A stretch of 45,551 nt of DNA, taken from NCBI RefSeq assembly GCF_001194135.2, contig NC_068981.1, positions 29,901,233-29,946,783 on the forward strand, in the 5' to 3' direction. Below, piece by piece: positions 12,172 to 23,188 of this stretch. The translations under genes and the position numbers were made by a program. Numbering within the stretch: the first letter of the stretch is position 1; the number at the start of each line of letters is the position of its first letter. A model generated the notes under the pieces. It saw only the letters and a list, made by a program, of their open reading frames with translations. It had not been told where the DNA came from and did no database searches. The DNA comes from Octopus bimaculoides (Eukaryota).

Positions 12172-12254
12172 TTTCGGTTTGATAATTTTCTTTTTTTTGA
12201 CAAATAAGCACATGCACTTCATATTCGTTCCTCACTCGTTTATTACTGTTCTTA

Positions 12255-13860
12255 TTCTAACTCATGTCCATTGTCCAGAAATCTTTCGTGACATGCTATT
12301 CATTGAGCCTCTATGTTCTGTCTGAGCATTCTGGCAGAGCACTGACGAGCCTTTCTCTTCTCGCCATTGTAGTCGTCATGCTTCTGCACCGTTTCTCAGT
12401 ACATCGTAAGCTGTACGATACATTCCCAACCTTACAATTAACTTGTGGATTCATTCTACATACAGTACAATTGGTCTCTGTATATGGGGACCTATCAAAG
12501 GGATAAGTTCTACAGATGAGTGATTTTATAGGGGAACCACGACTTTCTACTACTTTAATCCGTAGATTAGCTTTATCTAATGTTTTTTCTAAAAAGGTAT
12601 GCTAGTTTGCCGCCAGGAGTAGCATCAACGAATATGACACTCTGGTATTTTTTGTTGTCATATCATGAGTTGGCCTTATCTATCTTTTTTCTGGTCCTTA
12701 GTATGCTGTTTCTGGATTGACTCCTGTATAGCGAGGAAATCCCCTTTACATCACTCTCTATGATGACTTTGTACTTAGCCCTGGCTCTTTTGTACACTTT
12801 AATCCTGTCCCTTTGGTTGTAGCCAGAGATCAGCATGCGGTGGATGAAGTGTTGTATGTGTCTTTCCAATTCCGTAGGGTTGCATATGCGAGTCACATTC
12901 CTCATCACTCTTACGAAGTCTGCTATAAGAATATTGAACTTGGCGTTGTTCGCAATGGCTGCGTTCTTGTGGACAAGGTGTTTAGAAGCCATAGGTTTGG
13001 CATAAACGCGGCGAGCTGGCAGAATCGTTAGCACGCCGGACGAAATGCTTAGCGGTATTTCGTCTGCCGTTACATTCTGTGTTCAAATTCCGCCTTTCTT
13101 CCTTTCAGGGTCGATAAATTAAGTACCAGTTACGCACTGGGGCCGATGTAATCGACTTAATCCGTTTGTCTGTCCTTGTTTGTCCCCTCTATGTTTAGTT
13201 CCTTGTGGGCAATAAAGAAATATGAAATAAGAAATAATAATGGGAAAGAAAGATCTGTAACTTATTGTTCTTGGTTTCTAACTAGTATCTAAAACTGGTA
13301 GTCTATTGTTGGGGTGCTTGTTAGGGTGGGCTATCGTTACTTTGATACTTTGGTGGGTGGAGTTAGTTATTTGCTGGATGCTCTCCATATCGTTAGCTTC
13401 TAGATCATCAACATTGTCTTGTAGGAGTGATTTGACTACTATGTTGATATCATCCACAGCGAGAGTACATGGTTAGGGTTATAGAGTTTTCTGCTAATTT
13501 CTCTTTGAGTCTCCTATCCCACCATACTATAAAAAGCTTGACCACATCGCTAGCAATACTGACACCGATCGCTTCACCTTCCTCTTGGGCGTATATCTTG
13601 CTGTTAGACTTAAATACGTGGCCCTTGACTGTGATCTCGGTACTCGCACCCACCACATGTGCAGCCATCTTTTTAACCTGATCATCGCTTCCGAGGGTTC
13701 GTATAGCTCTTGTTCACCCGTTCCATGTCTCTCTAGTGGTCTTCCCGGCCATAGACGTTATAGTAGGGGATCAACCTCTTACCGATCTAGTGGGGGCAGA
13801 AGCAATTAACGTTATGTTCATCTAAGTAACCACGAAACTCCACATCGCTCTCGCTGATCA
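12255..13860 (-). mobile_element. Degenerate Penelope-like retroelement (reverse transcriptase, thumb and GIY-YIG endonuclease), frameshifted and interrupted by a SINE
   Basis: Hand translation of the minus strand gives, in order: IYAQEEGEAIGVSIASDVVKLFIVWWD (RT motif B); MYSR-[frameshift]-VDDIN (YVDD); ITNSTHQSIKVT...RLPVLDT; HY|AKPMAS...AKFNILIADFVRVMRN...HRMLISGY (thumb); VIFVDATPGG...IKVVESRG; NCTVC...NCKVGNVSYSLRC...YNGE (GIY-YIG-like). Confidence 0.82.
13008..13240 (+). mobile_element. tRNA-derived SINE family 2, inserted into the Penelope RT
   Basis: A-box-like tggcagaatcgttag, B-box-like gttcaaattcc, core cctttcagggtcgataaattaagtaccag; it splits the PLE HY|AKPM codons. Confidence 0.85.
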
Positions 13861-13948
13861 CCTCCACACATTTCTCCACAGCAAAATCATCATCAGTTGA
13901 TGGGTATAAGAGGGATACTACGTCAATACTGCCTATTAGCATCCCGTC

Positions 13949-14001
<53 letters not shown>

Positions 14002-14308
14002 CATATATAAATAATTAAATGATAGCTTACTAATAGTTCGAACCTAAAGGCAAACTTAATGGGCTACATCAAAATTCGAAATCGTCGATCCGACTACATA
14101 CGCTGGTGACTTACCTCCCTTTGTCAGTCATTAAGATAGTGCTTTGAAGCTTTTGAGTTGTTTTAATTGTTTTTTTCTAGCAATAGTGGTGCTAGTCAAT
14201 ACCCCCTGTCACTTTTGTAACCTCTATTAATATATGTATATACATTTATATAAATTTACATATGTGTGTAAGTAGATAAATATATTTATGGTCATAAGAA
14301 TATACATA

Positions 14309-14526
14309 CAAAGGGGTGCTGAAAAATTCTTGGTTTTGGGTTAAAAAAAATACAAGTGAATCAATTGGTTATGGTTTCATTCAGCGTATTCCCCTCTCAG
14401 ACTCACACACTTATTGCAGCGGTCCTTCAGTTGTTCTAAGCCCTGTAGAAGTACTTGGAAAGTTGGGCCTACGACCAGGCCTTTCGCAATATCCTTAAAA
14501 CTGAAAACTTTTCAGGACCCCACTCG
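14309..14526 (-). mobile_element. Mariner deletion-derivative MITE
   Basis: Imperfect TIRs (caaaggggtgctgaaaaatt / aacttttcaggaccccactcg) flanked by TA at 14307-8 and 14527-8. The interior retains a transposase C-terminus on the minus strand: [21 protein letters not shown]. Confidence 0.82.
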
Positions 14527-14877
14527 TACATATGTATGTGTTTATGTATGTAAGGCGTACGTGTATGTAAGGATGGATGGATGGATGGATGGATGGTTAG
14601 ATGGTTGGATGGATGGATGTATGCATGCATGGGTGATACTGCTGTCCTTCGCCGTCACTCTATCGTGACGATTGTAAATAGTACTTTTTTCATTCTCTCT
14701 ATACAGAGGGGAAATATGTGCGTTTGTATGATTGTACTTGTCTAAGTAAGCAGTTATACATATATGTTTGTAATGTAAGTATAAATATGCATACTAAATA
14801 ATCCCCAAAGACAAACACAAAATGCAAAATGTCTTACTTTTTAGATACCGTGACAGCAGAGAGAGAGAGAGAGAGAT

Positions 14878-14914
<37 letters not shown>

Positions 14915-15143
14915 CACACACGCATACGCACACACATATATGAGTGTGTGTAGATAGATAGATAGATAGATACATACATACATACATACATGTAAATGCG
15001 TGCTTATAAATACACATGAATATGTATGCGTGTATGTGAATGCGAGAGAAAGCGAGAAAGAGCCAATAACATATGTTGTTGGAAAATATGTATTTATCGA
15101 CATTTATATATGTATGTATGTATGTACTGTATTACGTGCATGA

Positions 15144-15182
<39 letters not shown>

Positions 15183-15981
15183 CCAACAAACACACACACA
15201 CATTTACTGATCCACACATACAGCGAGGAGTCATTAGAGCGCCGTACATTAATAGAGATTAATAGTGGGTTCAAGAGATCAAGGCAGATGGTGGAAGCGA
15301 CACACAACTTGTCAGTGTTAGAAAGTTGAATTGATTCTTTCTTTAACCTGTCATCACATATACAACGATCTTTCTCTTAACATTGAGCCAGACTGGACAG
15401 ACTGACCGTGCTTAACATTAGAAAGATTGACCGTACTTAGCATTCAGCCTGTGTCAGATAACTACTCTATCACGAAACAGCAAAGGAAGCAGCACACGTT
15501 CGCTTGACCTGTTAGAAACAATAGTCAAATATCCATTAATGTACATCCTAATGCTTTAAAAACATGATAGTATACACTGGATAATGTCGTTTTAAATACA
15601 CAATGTCTGAATAAGCAATGAAATAGTCATTGGTGACACGTCCTTGAATATGTCTGTTGGATTAGGCATCGAATGCGATTAAGCAACAACAGCATTAGCC
15701 GCGAAACATCAATAAGAGTGGTTTCTACGTTGACGTCTCCCTGCTAGAAACAGCAGCTATATCTGCAAATCATTTCTTACTGTCTTAAAATGGAATATTG
15801 GAAATATATAAATATTATATACATTTTCACTTATAGGAAAAAGACCTCTTAAGATAAGGAGAGAAAAAACAAAGCAAAGCAAAACGAGATAAACTACAAA
15901 CCCTGAAGCGGTTCTTTCCCCTTAAAGAGAACAGTCACCCTCTCTGTCATATTACAATAGTAGCTCTCTCCTCCCTCTCTT

Positions 15982-16023
<42 letters not shown>

Positions 16024-16138
16024 CATATATATATNNNNNNNNNNNNNNNNNNNNNNNNNNNNNNNNNNNNNNNNNNNNNNNNNNNNNNNNNNNNNNNNNN
16101 NNNNNNNNNNNNNNNNNNNNNNNNNNNNNNNNNNNNNN

Positions 16139-16212
16139 ATAGCGATAAGAAAATGGAGGAGAATATGCGGTACCCATCGACCGCATATTCTCCTCCATTT
16201 TCTTATTGCTAT
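16139..16212. repeat. 74-nt hairpin: 33-bp stem with one G-U pair, 8-nt loop
   Basis: atagcgataagaaaatggaggagaatatgcggt-acccatcg-accgcatattctcctccattttcttattgctat; starts exactly at a gap edge. Confidence 0.85.
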
Positions 16213-16622
16213 ATAAATTTAGGGTAAAATAACCGCCTTTTACCCGCACCCACTTATTGCACTTGGTATAACACTAGTGTAACAATAATTGGGTACCCTC
16301 CCAGCAGTATATTTGATAGATACTATCCCTTGGTGGGTTGGATCCTCAACCCCGAACTCTCATGGATTATATGTATATATCTTACTCCATAAGCAACTAT
16401 AAACAGCAGCATCTGTAGATCTCAATCAAGTAACCCTATGTAATAGTTATACTATATCTAAAAGGTGACGGGATGATCAAGTCTAGGGCACTTCTGTTCG
16501 ATCAGAGCTGACCCGGGATTACACCACAAGGATAACGACTACTATTGTTTTAACTGCGACAGTATCTCAACAAGAATAGATGGTGGTAATATTTTCTACC
16601 AAACTTGATTCCTAAGTAAATC

Positions 16623-16811
16623 CTAGTAAGTTTCTGTTCTTCCGTTGATTTCAAAACATTCTGTTTCTTGTGCATATGCCCGAGCATTATGACTGAACGA
16701 AGCATTGCTGTAGCGTTGATGCCTTTGGTTTTGTAGTTTCAACATCGATATTTTAAAACTTCTCACATCTGTGACCGTATTCCTGCTACACATCACGCAA
16801 CAGGCAATCAT
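16623..16811 (-). CDS. Candidate terminal coding exon, unidentified (MIACCVMCSR...EINGRTETY*)
   Basis: Strong acceptor catgcattttag| immediately before the ORF; only the phase-0 frame is open (62 codons); non-repetitive sequence. Confidence 0.33.
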   Translation of the reverse strand: MIACCVMCSRNTVTDVRSFKISMLKLQNQRHQRYSNASFSHNARAYAQETECFEINGRTETY

Positions 16812-17074
16812 CTAAAATGCATGATCATGTTATTTATAATAAAGATTCAAACCCTAACACAGATGCGCTGTTTCTTCTTTTTTTCCGAATTATATATAAC
16901 AGCTTCTGTTTCTCTCTGAAGTAGATAGCCTTTACTACACTTGCTTATTCGACATACAACTTTCACCTCACGCATCAACTCTAAACACATAGTCAAACTA
17001 TATCTCACCAGATTTTAACCCACTGTCATCCAGTCTTTATCTACGATGGTGTTGCAGTTGTTGTTGTTGTTGCT

Positions 17075-17350
17075 TTAAGGAGCACTCCGTCGGTTACGAC
17101 GACGAGGGTCCCAGCTGATACGATCAACAGAACAACTTGCTCGTGAAATTAACGCGCAAATGACTAAACACGTATACTCTTAACGTAGTTCTAAGGGAGA
17201 GTCAGCGTGAGACAGAGTGCGACGAGGCTGGCCTTTCAAATACAAGTAGTACTCATTTTTGCCAGACTGGAGCAACGTGAAATAAAGTGTCTTGCTCACG
17301 ACCTTACTATCGTGGGCCGAATGCCCTAACTACTAAGCCACTCGCCTTCT
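17075..17350 (-). mobile_element. tRNA-derived SINE of another subfamily
   Basis: ctggagcaacgtgaaataaagtgtcttgctc...ccctaactactaagccac; the reverse complement begins with a tRNA A-box-like gtggcttagtagttaggg. Confidence 0.7.
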
Positions 17351-17689
17351 GTTGTTGCTTAGTCTTGATACATCAGTTCTGTAATCAAAAGTATTCCATC
17401 TAGAACTAACCTGTCATTTTAAGGCTCCCTGCAACTACATTACTCAATGTGTCATTCTCTTTGACAAGATACAATGATTTGAGGAAGATTTCGCTGATAT
17501 ATCTAGCAGATCCAGCGACCACATAGTGGTCTCTTCTTTGCTTATATTTCTTTCCTGAAGGTGACGTTGACGTGGAACTGAACATAACAGTATTGAACGG
17601 AGTATTCTAGGTGGTACTACAGGAACTACAAGGATCCATGCTGCCTCGTCTCATCTTCAAACAAGTTAATCGCTTCTAACATAGGCACA

Positions 17690-18035
17690 ATGTCACAATT
17701 TCGGAAACGCAGTCGGCTTCTTAAATCTATTACATTTTTTTAATCTCTGGAAAATGAAACATAACGTTGACCTCGGCAGGATTTGAACGCAATGCAAAAA
17801 ATGCAGGAATAAATATCGTGAAGCAATCTTATTTTATGGCATATGACCAGCAAACTTGAGGAGAAGAAAGTGAATTACATTGACCCGCAGTATTTGACTG
17901 GTACTTATTTTATCGGCTCAGAAAGGATGAAAATCAAAGTTGACCTCTGCGGCATTTGAACTCAGAACGTAAAGTATCGGAAGAAATGGCACTAAACATT
18001 TTGTCCGATGCGCCAACGATTTTACCAGCCCAGCA
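17690..18035 (-). mobile_element. Two adjacent diverged SINE family 2 copies
   Basis: gttgacctcggcaggatttgaac (about 17766) and ggtacttattttatcggctcagaaaggatgaaaatcaaagttgacctctgcggcatttgaactcag (about 17900-17966). Confidence 0.7.
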
Positions 18036-18381
18036 ACCTTTGCTTATTTGACTTAGTATATAAAACAGAAGGCGCGTGCGCGTGTGTGTGAGTGTGTGTG
18101 CGCGCGCGTATGTTCCTTATGAATTCAAAAACTGAGTTGACGATTTTGGCGTATGAAGTATCAAAAGAGTCAGTAATCTTTCAGTTACCAAATAAACTTT
18201 GGTGTAGCAGACCCATTCCATAGTTGTTGTGTTTTTTCTTTTGTTTTTTGTTTTTTTTTTTGTTTGTTTTTTATTCTTCTTCGTGAAATACTGTAAATCT
18301 GTGTTTTTCTTTCCATGATAGTGTGTGTTTTAGGAGAGATTTGGCTGCTATTTGTAGTAGCTCAAGTTACCACAGAGACAC

Positions 18382-18471
<90 letters not shown>

Positions 18472-18897
18472 TGAAAAAATATTTTTTCTCAGAATATTTT
18501 GCATAATACATTTTAAAGAAATCTGGACATCTTTCTGACTGCTAACCATTCAACTTCAAATTACAATTGTTTATTGCTTGAAGTCAAATAATCTGAGATG
18601 TACATATATTGTTATCGTATAGAGTGGAAGTTCAACACGAAGTTTTGAACTCACCATCCTGTGGATAGTAATCAATTACCTTAAATTTGAAGCCATTAGG
18701 TCTTTAAACATTATTTTACAGGGATTAGTATTTCGACTGTCACAATGATCGATTACCACCTTCAGATATTTAATTGATCATACTGACTTCAGTACTTATT
18801 ATTTCAATCTGGCATTTATTTATTAGATATCTGTTTGATGAACTGCTAACTTTGAGACATAGTGGCACACAATACTCGATTTAACAACATATGTATT

Positions 18898-19045
18898 AGG
18901 TGCAAGAATGACTGTGTGGTTGAGAAGTTTGCTTTCCAACTACATGATTCCACGTTCAGTCCCTCTGCATGGTACTTTGGGCAGGTTTTCTACTACTAGT
19001 CCATCCACTTACTTGTGAGTGAATTTGGTAGATGGAAACTGCAGC
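18898..19045 (+). mobile_element. Diverged CORE-like SINE family 1 head
   Basis: ctgtgtggttgagaagtttgc...gttcagtccctctgcatggtactttgggcagg...gaatttggtagatggaaactg. Confidence 0.72.
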
Positions 19046-19756
19046 GTTGTTCATCAGAAAATGACCGAAAAACATGTTTATAAAGAAGTGTTGTTTGCTT
19101 CATACTTCTCATGTGCCGATTCTGCCCATAAGAAAGGAACAAGTAATGCAATGTAGCCGTAGGTCATAACACTCGGGCAACGCCGGGATACACTGCTTGT
19201 CATACATAAAATAAAATTGAAAGAAATGTATAATGTAAGGTAATAAGGATGCTTCATGTAATATAGAGTGCGCTACTGTGTTGCTTGTAGTTGTTCCAAT
19301 TTTCTCAGCCTTCAAATGAAAAGAAATTTGCGTTTCAAAGCAAGAATTTGTTCCAGACATTTCAATACGTCCTTATATATTTTATATTTTTCCTTTTGTT
19401 CCTATCGTAGGATTTTGGCCCTCTCGTTCAACATGGTGTGAATAAAGGAACAACGCCAGATTGTAGTGTTACAAGCTACTAACGCAATTAGCTTTTTTTA
19501 ATCAATGATTTGTTATTTCGACGTCGAATGAACAAATTACGCATCATCCTTCACAATAAGTATTATTGCTGTTTAAGCACATACTCCTCCTGAATCCAAC
19601 TGTCCTGTATTCTCTAGTGTGGCCTACATTTTACTTCTTAGTCAGGAAGGAAAAGACAGCAGTCATCATTTTTTTTATTTATCTTTTATCGTTTCCATGT
19701 ATGTGCGCACGCGCGCACACACATGCACACACACACACACATGCACACACACATAT

Positions 19757-19821
<65 letters not shown>

Positions 19822-19825
<4 letters not shown>

Positions 19826-19932
19826 GTGGAGCAATATGAGCTGACACATTTGTAGCTTTAATAACATCTTGTTCATTCTCTTCTCTATTTCGCTTTGATT
19901 AAACCTACAAATGTTTCAGATCATTTTGCCCC

Positions 19933-19938
<6 letters not shown>
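19822..19938. mobile_element. Tc1/mariner-type MITE inserted in a (TA)n tract
   Basis: About 34-bp imperfect TIRs: cagagtggagcaatatgagctgacacatttgtag versus the reverse complement tagggtggggcaaaatgatctgaaacatttgtag; TA runs on both sides. Confidence 0.78.
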
Positions 19939-19961
<23 letters not shown>

Positions 19962-19973
<12 letters not shown>

Positions 19974-20125
19974 TCGCCATGATAGATCGCTAGCCACTAC
20001 ACATTCTTTATTTTCTCCAGTTGTTTCTTTCTGTGTTCCTTTCTGTGGAAGAGCGTAGGCTCGAAACGTTAAAGACTTTTTTCCTNNNNNNNNNNNNNNN
20101 NNNNNNNNNNNNNNNNNNNNNNNNN

Positions 20126-20165
<40 letters not shown>

Positions 20166-20370
20166 TCGCCATGATAGATCGCTAGCCACTACACATTCTT
20201 TATTTTCTCCAGTTGTTTCTTTCTGTGTTCCTTTCTGTGGAAGAGCGTAGGCTCGAAACGTTAAAGACTTTTTTCCTTCCCGAGCGTTAAAGTAATACAT
20301 CTGTTTGTTGTCTAGACCACCTGTATTCATATTTTGTTTTTTTGTTTTTTTGTGAAACCTCCCTATATAT
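19962..20370 (+). mobile_element. Small non-coding repeat (two copies across a gap) with a minimal hammerhead-like motif; probable Penelope pLTR or retrozyme-type element
   Basis: cttt-CTGTGGAA-gagc-gtag-gctc-GAAAC-GT-T-aaag at 20039-20074 and 20231-20266: stem II gagc/gctc, palindromic ACGT stem III, stem I cttt/aaag. Confidence 0.55.
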
Positions 20371-20399
20371 ATATATATGCATGTATGCATGTATATATA

Positions 20400-20590
20400 T
20401 ATAGTTGAAATTTACTTACAGAAAAACAAAAGACGAAGACATGTGTATAAACAACAAGCAGGTGTATTAGTTTGACGTTCGGGAAGGTGAGAAAGTCGTT
20501 TACATTTCGAGCCTACGCTCTTTAACAGAAAGAAACACAAGGAAATAAACAGAGCGAGAGTAAAAAAAATATCTTGTGAATTTAGTGGTC
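20400..20590 (-). mobile_element. Diverged inverted copy of the same hammerhead-like repeat
   Basis: The reverse complement reads cttt-ctgttaaa-gagc-gtag-gctc-gaaatgt-a-aacgac; the flanks (acaacaagcaggtgtattagtttgacgttcgggaagg) match the reverse complement of 20275-20320. Confidence 0.6.
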
Positions 20591-20745
20591 AGAGTGAGAA
20601 ACAGCCCGAGAAATGTGAACAATATCGATCACACATACACAAGGTATGTGTATTGCCAATTCGTGGCAAGCTGCGATTTATAGGCATGAAAGAAAAGTTT
20701 ACTTTCTTACTTATCAATATACCTAGTGTAAAAACACCTAGAAGT

Positions 20746-20917
20746 CATAGACAAGCGAGATAACTCATGCCAGGTCCCGTTGCAGGAGTGGTAGACATTA
20801 ATGTTTCGTCATCTTTGTGACTTATCAATATCATGTGATAGGTCACAAACAAAACGAAACATTAATGTATACCACTCCTGCAACGGGATCTGATGTGAGT
20901 TATCTCGCTTGTCTATG
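20746..20917. repeat. 172-bp near-complete palindrome (fold-back or MITE)
   Basis: catagacaagcgagataactca...acattaatgtttcgt / acgaaacattaatgt...tgagttatctcgcttgtctatg, with an inner stem tttgtgac..tatca / tgata..gtcacaaa. Confidence 0.85.
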
Positions 20918-21074
20918 TGGGATGGTTATCTCCTCTGTCAGTGCATAGACATGTGATTCTTTGTGGCTCTAAAAGTGTTTAACTCTTATTGCTAGCAATG
21001 TAGGTACTACCCTGCAACGTCAGTCACAAATATGTGAGTTTGTGTGTGTTTGTGTGTGTGTGTGTATGTGTGTG

Positions 21075-21220
21075 TGAACTGCAACCATGCTGAGGCACCG
21101 TCTTGAAGAGCTTAGTCAAGCAAACGACCCCAGTACCTTTTTTTGCAAAGCCTGATACTTATTCTATAGGCATCTTTTGTCAAACCGCTAAATTATGGGA
21201 ACGTAAACAAACCATAACCG
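21075..21220 (-). mobile_element. SINE family 1 tail
   Basis: ccatgctgaggcaccgtc...acttattctat...accgctaaattatgggaacgtaaac. Confidence 0.65.
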
Positions 21221-21275
21221 GTGATGCTAGTTGTGGTGGTGGTGGTGGTGGAAAAACACACACACAAAGAGATGT

Positions 21276-21330
<55 letters not shown>

Positions 21331-21771
21331 TTGATTTCTTTTCAAAGGAAACAATATTTTTTTTCTTTTAAGGAAAAGAAAATATGATATTGCGACTGAG
21401 ATCTTTCCAATGGTTATTATTAGCAACTTATATTATGAAGAATGTCTTTTACCTAGAAATGAAACTACCTCTTGATACTGACTTGCTATTGTTTGTGCTT
21501 TGATCTGCAATATTGGCTACAAAACAAATCAGTAAAACGAACGGTTCTGAAAAGACTTTTGAATCGAAGTCAATATAAACAGTACTACTATTGCCATTCA
21601 TCCTAGAAGAATGAAAGAACTAATCTGACTCCACACAAAATTGAAAATTAATATTGGCTACAGTGGGCTTTGAAACTAGAACTTTAATATCAATATTAAG
21701 CCTGCGTTCTTAGCTATACAGCGATCCTTTGTTCGTTCCAAAGGAACAGTTTTGTGAAATGAATTGTGGCT

Positions 21772-21932
21772 TCATATTGCTGTTATTTCATCAACTTCAG
21801 ATGGCGGACAATCAATCACCCGCTTTTTCTCTACCATCACCACAACCTGGCCTTCGCCTTTCGGTCTTCCACCAGTCTCGAAGTCTTCACAAATACAGGA
21901 ACATAGGTGCCGTTCTTCCGCCGCTAAGTAAG
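21772..21932 (-). CDS. Candidate phase-1 terminal exon (AYLAAEERHLCSCICEDFETGGRPKGEGQVVVMVEKKRVIDCPPSEVDEITAI*); a + strand exon at 21801-21927 is an alternative
   Basis: Acceptor attcctctttcatag|; roughly half of the codons begin with G; locally CpG-rich. The + strand also shows ttcag|ATG...CTAA|gtaagc. Confidence 0.33.
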
Positions 21933-22465
21933 CTATGAAAGAGGAATATTTTTTTTTAAATGTCGACTGACTCCAGCGAATCTGAATCGCTGAACCGAGA
22001 ACGACAATTTCAGTTAATATATATTTTTTCCCATGCCAACACATCGTGACACTTTTAAATCCTGTTATCCTCTCGGGGATAAGCCAAACGTTAGAGGAAG
22101 CCGACATCCAGCTACTTAATATATTATATCAAAGGATAAGCTGATATTTCAACTACACAGATCGCTACCAGCCTATTAAATGTCCTTGGTACGAATCTTA
22201 GACGATCAGACAGTTGCGTTTGTTTATTTTCTGTTCGATGATGATAAGCTTTCGGATATCTCATTCGACCTTCTTTCTTTTCTTCGTTTCTTCTTCTTCT
22301 TTTTCCTCACCCAACTCCCCTCCCTGTCTTTCTCTTTATTTTTTCTCTCTTCTCTTAGAATCAGTTTTCTCAGTATAGGTAGGAGGAAGATATAACGAAA
22401 ATTAATTTCCTTTCTCACTTTTAAACAATATCAATTTTCAGCAAAGAACAAACTTCCATCAATGG

Positions 22466-22467
<2 letters not shown>

Positions 22468-22531
<64 letters not shown>

Positions 22532-22869
22532 ATATGGTAATATTTCTATTAGTAGTAGTATTGCTACGTCTGTAACGGTCCAATAACAATATCAACACGG
22601 AATTGTTATTTGTTTTTAATTTTAATTTTTAAATTTATTTCACACTTATTTTTTTAGCATTTGTTCTTGTTTTGTTCCTTTTCATCTGTGATTTCAGCTT
22701 GAGATACGATAGTTTAAATCCTTTTATTTCTAACTTTGCCATATATAGTTTTTCGTCATTTTTTTTTTCTTTTTTCTTCTTTTTTTTTAGCCATCACTCA
22801 TCCGATTTAGACACATCTGTAGTTTTAGTTAGCGGATCCGGACACACACATACAATCACAACCTCACGA

Positions 22870-22917
<48 letters not shown>

Positions 22918-23154
22918 CGGTGAAGCATGCAAATTTTCAACTCTTTTACAAGTTTAAGTCATTGGACTGCAGCCATAATGAAGTCCTCCTTCAAGAGTTA
23001 TTGTCAATCTTATCGACACCTGTGTGTTTTTTATTCTGGTAAATATTTTATTGTTATATATATATCGAATTGCTAAGCTACCATTTCGACACATTGGCGT
23101 TTACGTCAGTACCCAGGCACATCCCATGCATGCATACATACATACATACATACA

Positions 23155-23188
<34 letters not shown>

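Noticed and set aside
17541-17665. + strand exon after tttctttcctgaag|
   Set aside because: All frames close within 17 codons, and the upstream sequence belongs to a dispersed repeat (gatttgaggaagattt.gctg.tat.tctagcag, also at about 15740, 18335, 36510 and 39385).
18645-18700. Minus-strand donor ATG|gtgagt
   Set aside because: It lies in an eroded tRNA-SINE head (ttttgaactcacc...ccttaa).
19109-19360. 83-aa minus-strand ORF
   Set aside because: No recognisable domain. It contains gcagtgtatcccggcgttgcccg, which resembles a Helitron-like terminal motif, but I could not find the other end.
19946-20275. Direct repeat 19946-20085 / 20126-20275 as a true tandem retrozyme dimer
   Set aside because: The copies are identical and flank a 40-N gap, so they are most likely overlapping contig ends. 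They are not counted as independent copies, though long reads could show a real dimer.
22161-22188. DRYQPIKCP after a cag| acceptor, matching GPCR DRYxxIxxP
   Set aside because: Only nine codons, no adjacent TM-coding exons on this strand, and the donor gtacga is weak; likely chance.
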